From: Malacoraja senta
Taxonomy: Eukaryota
Assembly (NCBI GenBank): GCA_038087875.1
Contig: CM076001.1
Coordinates: forward strand, 2,046,001 to 2,110,000
Length of the DNA stretch: 64,000 bases
Direction: 5' to 3'
Positions within the stretch are counted from its first letter, which is position 1, and each line of letters begins with the position of its first letter. Made by a program: the position numbers and the translations under genes. The notes below the pieces were generated by a model. The model was not told where the DNA came from. It made no database searches and was given only the letters and a program-made list of their open reading frames with translations. Of the stretch, positions 62,881 to 64,000 are shown one piece after another.

Positions 62881-63789
62881 AATCACACAAGGATAATGCC
62901 TATTCGTTCTAGCAAATCCCGTTTCCCTTAAGCAACAATGCCAGGTGCATTTGCGTTTACTTCAAGCATTATGATTATTTCCCCACTTGATTTAAGCAGG
63001 TATGGTGGACGCGGGTTTCGTGACACCGAAGATGAACTCGGTCACACGAACAGAGTTGAATGGCCCATTTGAAACTGCACCTAAACCAAGAATGCTTTTT
63101 ACTTGTATTGATCCATTCGGTATTCAAGCTCGCGTACCGTTCGGAGAGACATTTGCGGCAGTTTGCAAGATAAGGAGACTCTCGCCAGCGGTCGACTTTG
63201 TGACGTAGTACAGTGTTCATTCAAGAGATAGCGATTAACTATCCCGGGCCTGCAGCTTTATATCACAGCGCACGTTACTCTGTGAAGCATCTTGGGTTGC
63301 TGAGGGAACGAGCTGGAACGTCTCCCAACTGTCACATTTTTTTTCAGAACAGCTGTTCTTCGTTCGTCTAATACAAACCGCGGCTCAGACACTGACGTGG
63401 GAACACAAAATCTGGGGTCGCAGTCACCGCGGATAACATTGGAAACTAACCAGAAAAAAACGTTCACAGCCAATCTTAAATGTTTGATGCCGTTTAGAGT
63501 AATAGAGTCCTCCACCGTGGCAACGGGCCCTTCGGACCAGCTCGCTTACAACGACCAGCATACCCGTTTACACCAGTCCCACCTGCCTGCGTTTGGTCCA
63601 TATTCCTCGAAATCTATCCGATCCATGTACCTCTCCAAATGTTTTAAAATATGTGTAGTAACAGGCCCAACTAACCACTCCGCAGCTCGTTTCATAAATG
63701 TCGGTTTAAACGTGCGAGAGCAAAATAGCCTTTACCCACTCTCAGGTAATGCAGCATAGAACAATACGTTGTTCATGTCACTGAAGAGC

Positions 63790-64000
63790 TTAACCCTGCA
63801 TACACACTTTTCACACAAGGAGTGGCCGGTATATGGAACGTGCTGCCAGAGGGAGTCGTTGTGGCAGGTACTATGACAGTTACTTTATATAAAACACATG
63901 TGGACAGGTATATGGATACGGAAGGCGTAGGGGGTGTGGTTCAAACGCGGGAAAATGACACTAGGGGCATCTTGGTCGGCATGGACAAGTTGGGCCCAAA
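63790..64000 (+). mobile_element. CR1 3' terminal fragment
   Basis: 'tttcacacaaggagtggccggtatatggaacgtgctgccagaggg...ggcatggacaagttgggcc'. Confidence 0.65.

Noticed and set aside
62975-63300. Ig-like words (VSLSCKL, FIFGVT) on the minus strand
   Set aside because: Different frames with stops; no Trp/second Cys spacing or RSS.

Overview
Eukaryotic, TE-dense window from a cartilaginous fish, most likely a skate or ray (inferred from HER1-like CR1 LINEs with (TTTCTATG)n tails, HE1/V-SINE-type SINEs and Penelope pLTRs). Host genes: (i) two paralogous T-cell-receptor alpha/delta-type V segments on the minus strand, each with a split leader (46-nt exon, 113-nt intron), a 307-nt V exon and a heptamer/22-nt spacer/nonamer RSS; the copy at 49.4-49.9 kb looks functional, the copy at 9.9-10.4 kb has an in-frame TAA; (ii) two class-A GPCR pseudogenes of a GPR139/GPR142-like type, one full length with a single nonsense codon (16.8-19.4 kb, +) and one broken by a SINE and a Penelope element (54.1-56.7 kb, -). 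The window is built on a segmental duplication (1-13,570 vs 20,925-52,021). In the second copy a CR1 LINE has expanded by about 18 kb through a 4.04-kb triplication, an 892-bp quadruplication of its ORF1 esterase region, a young CR1 with open ORF2, and a very recent Ty3/Gypsy element with identical LTRs. No D, J or C segments were found.
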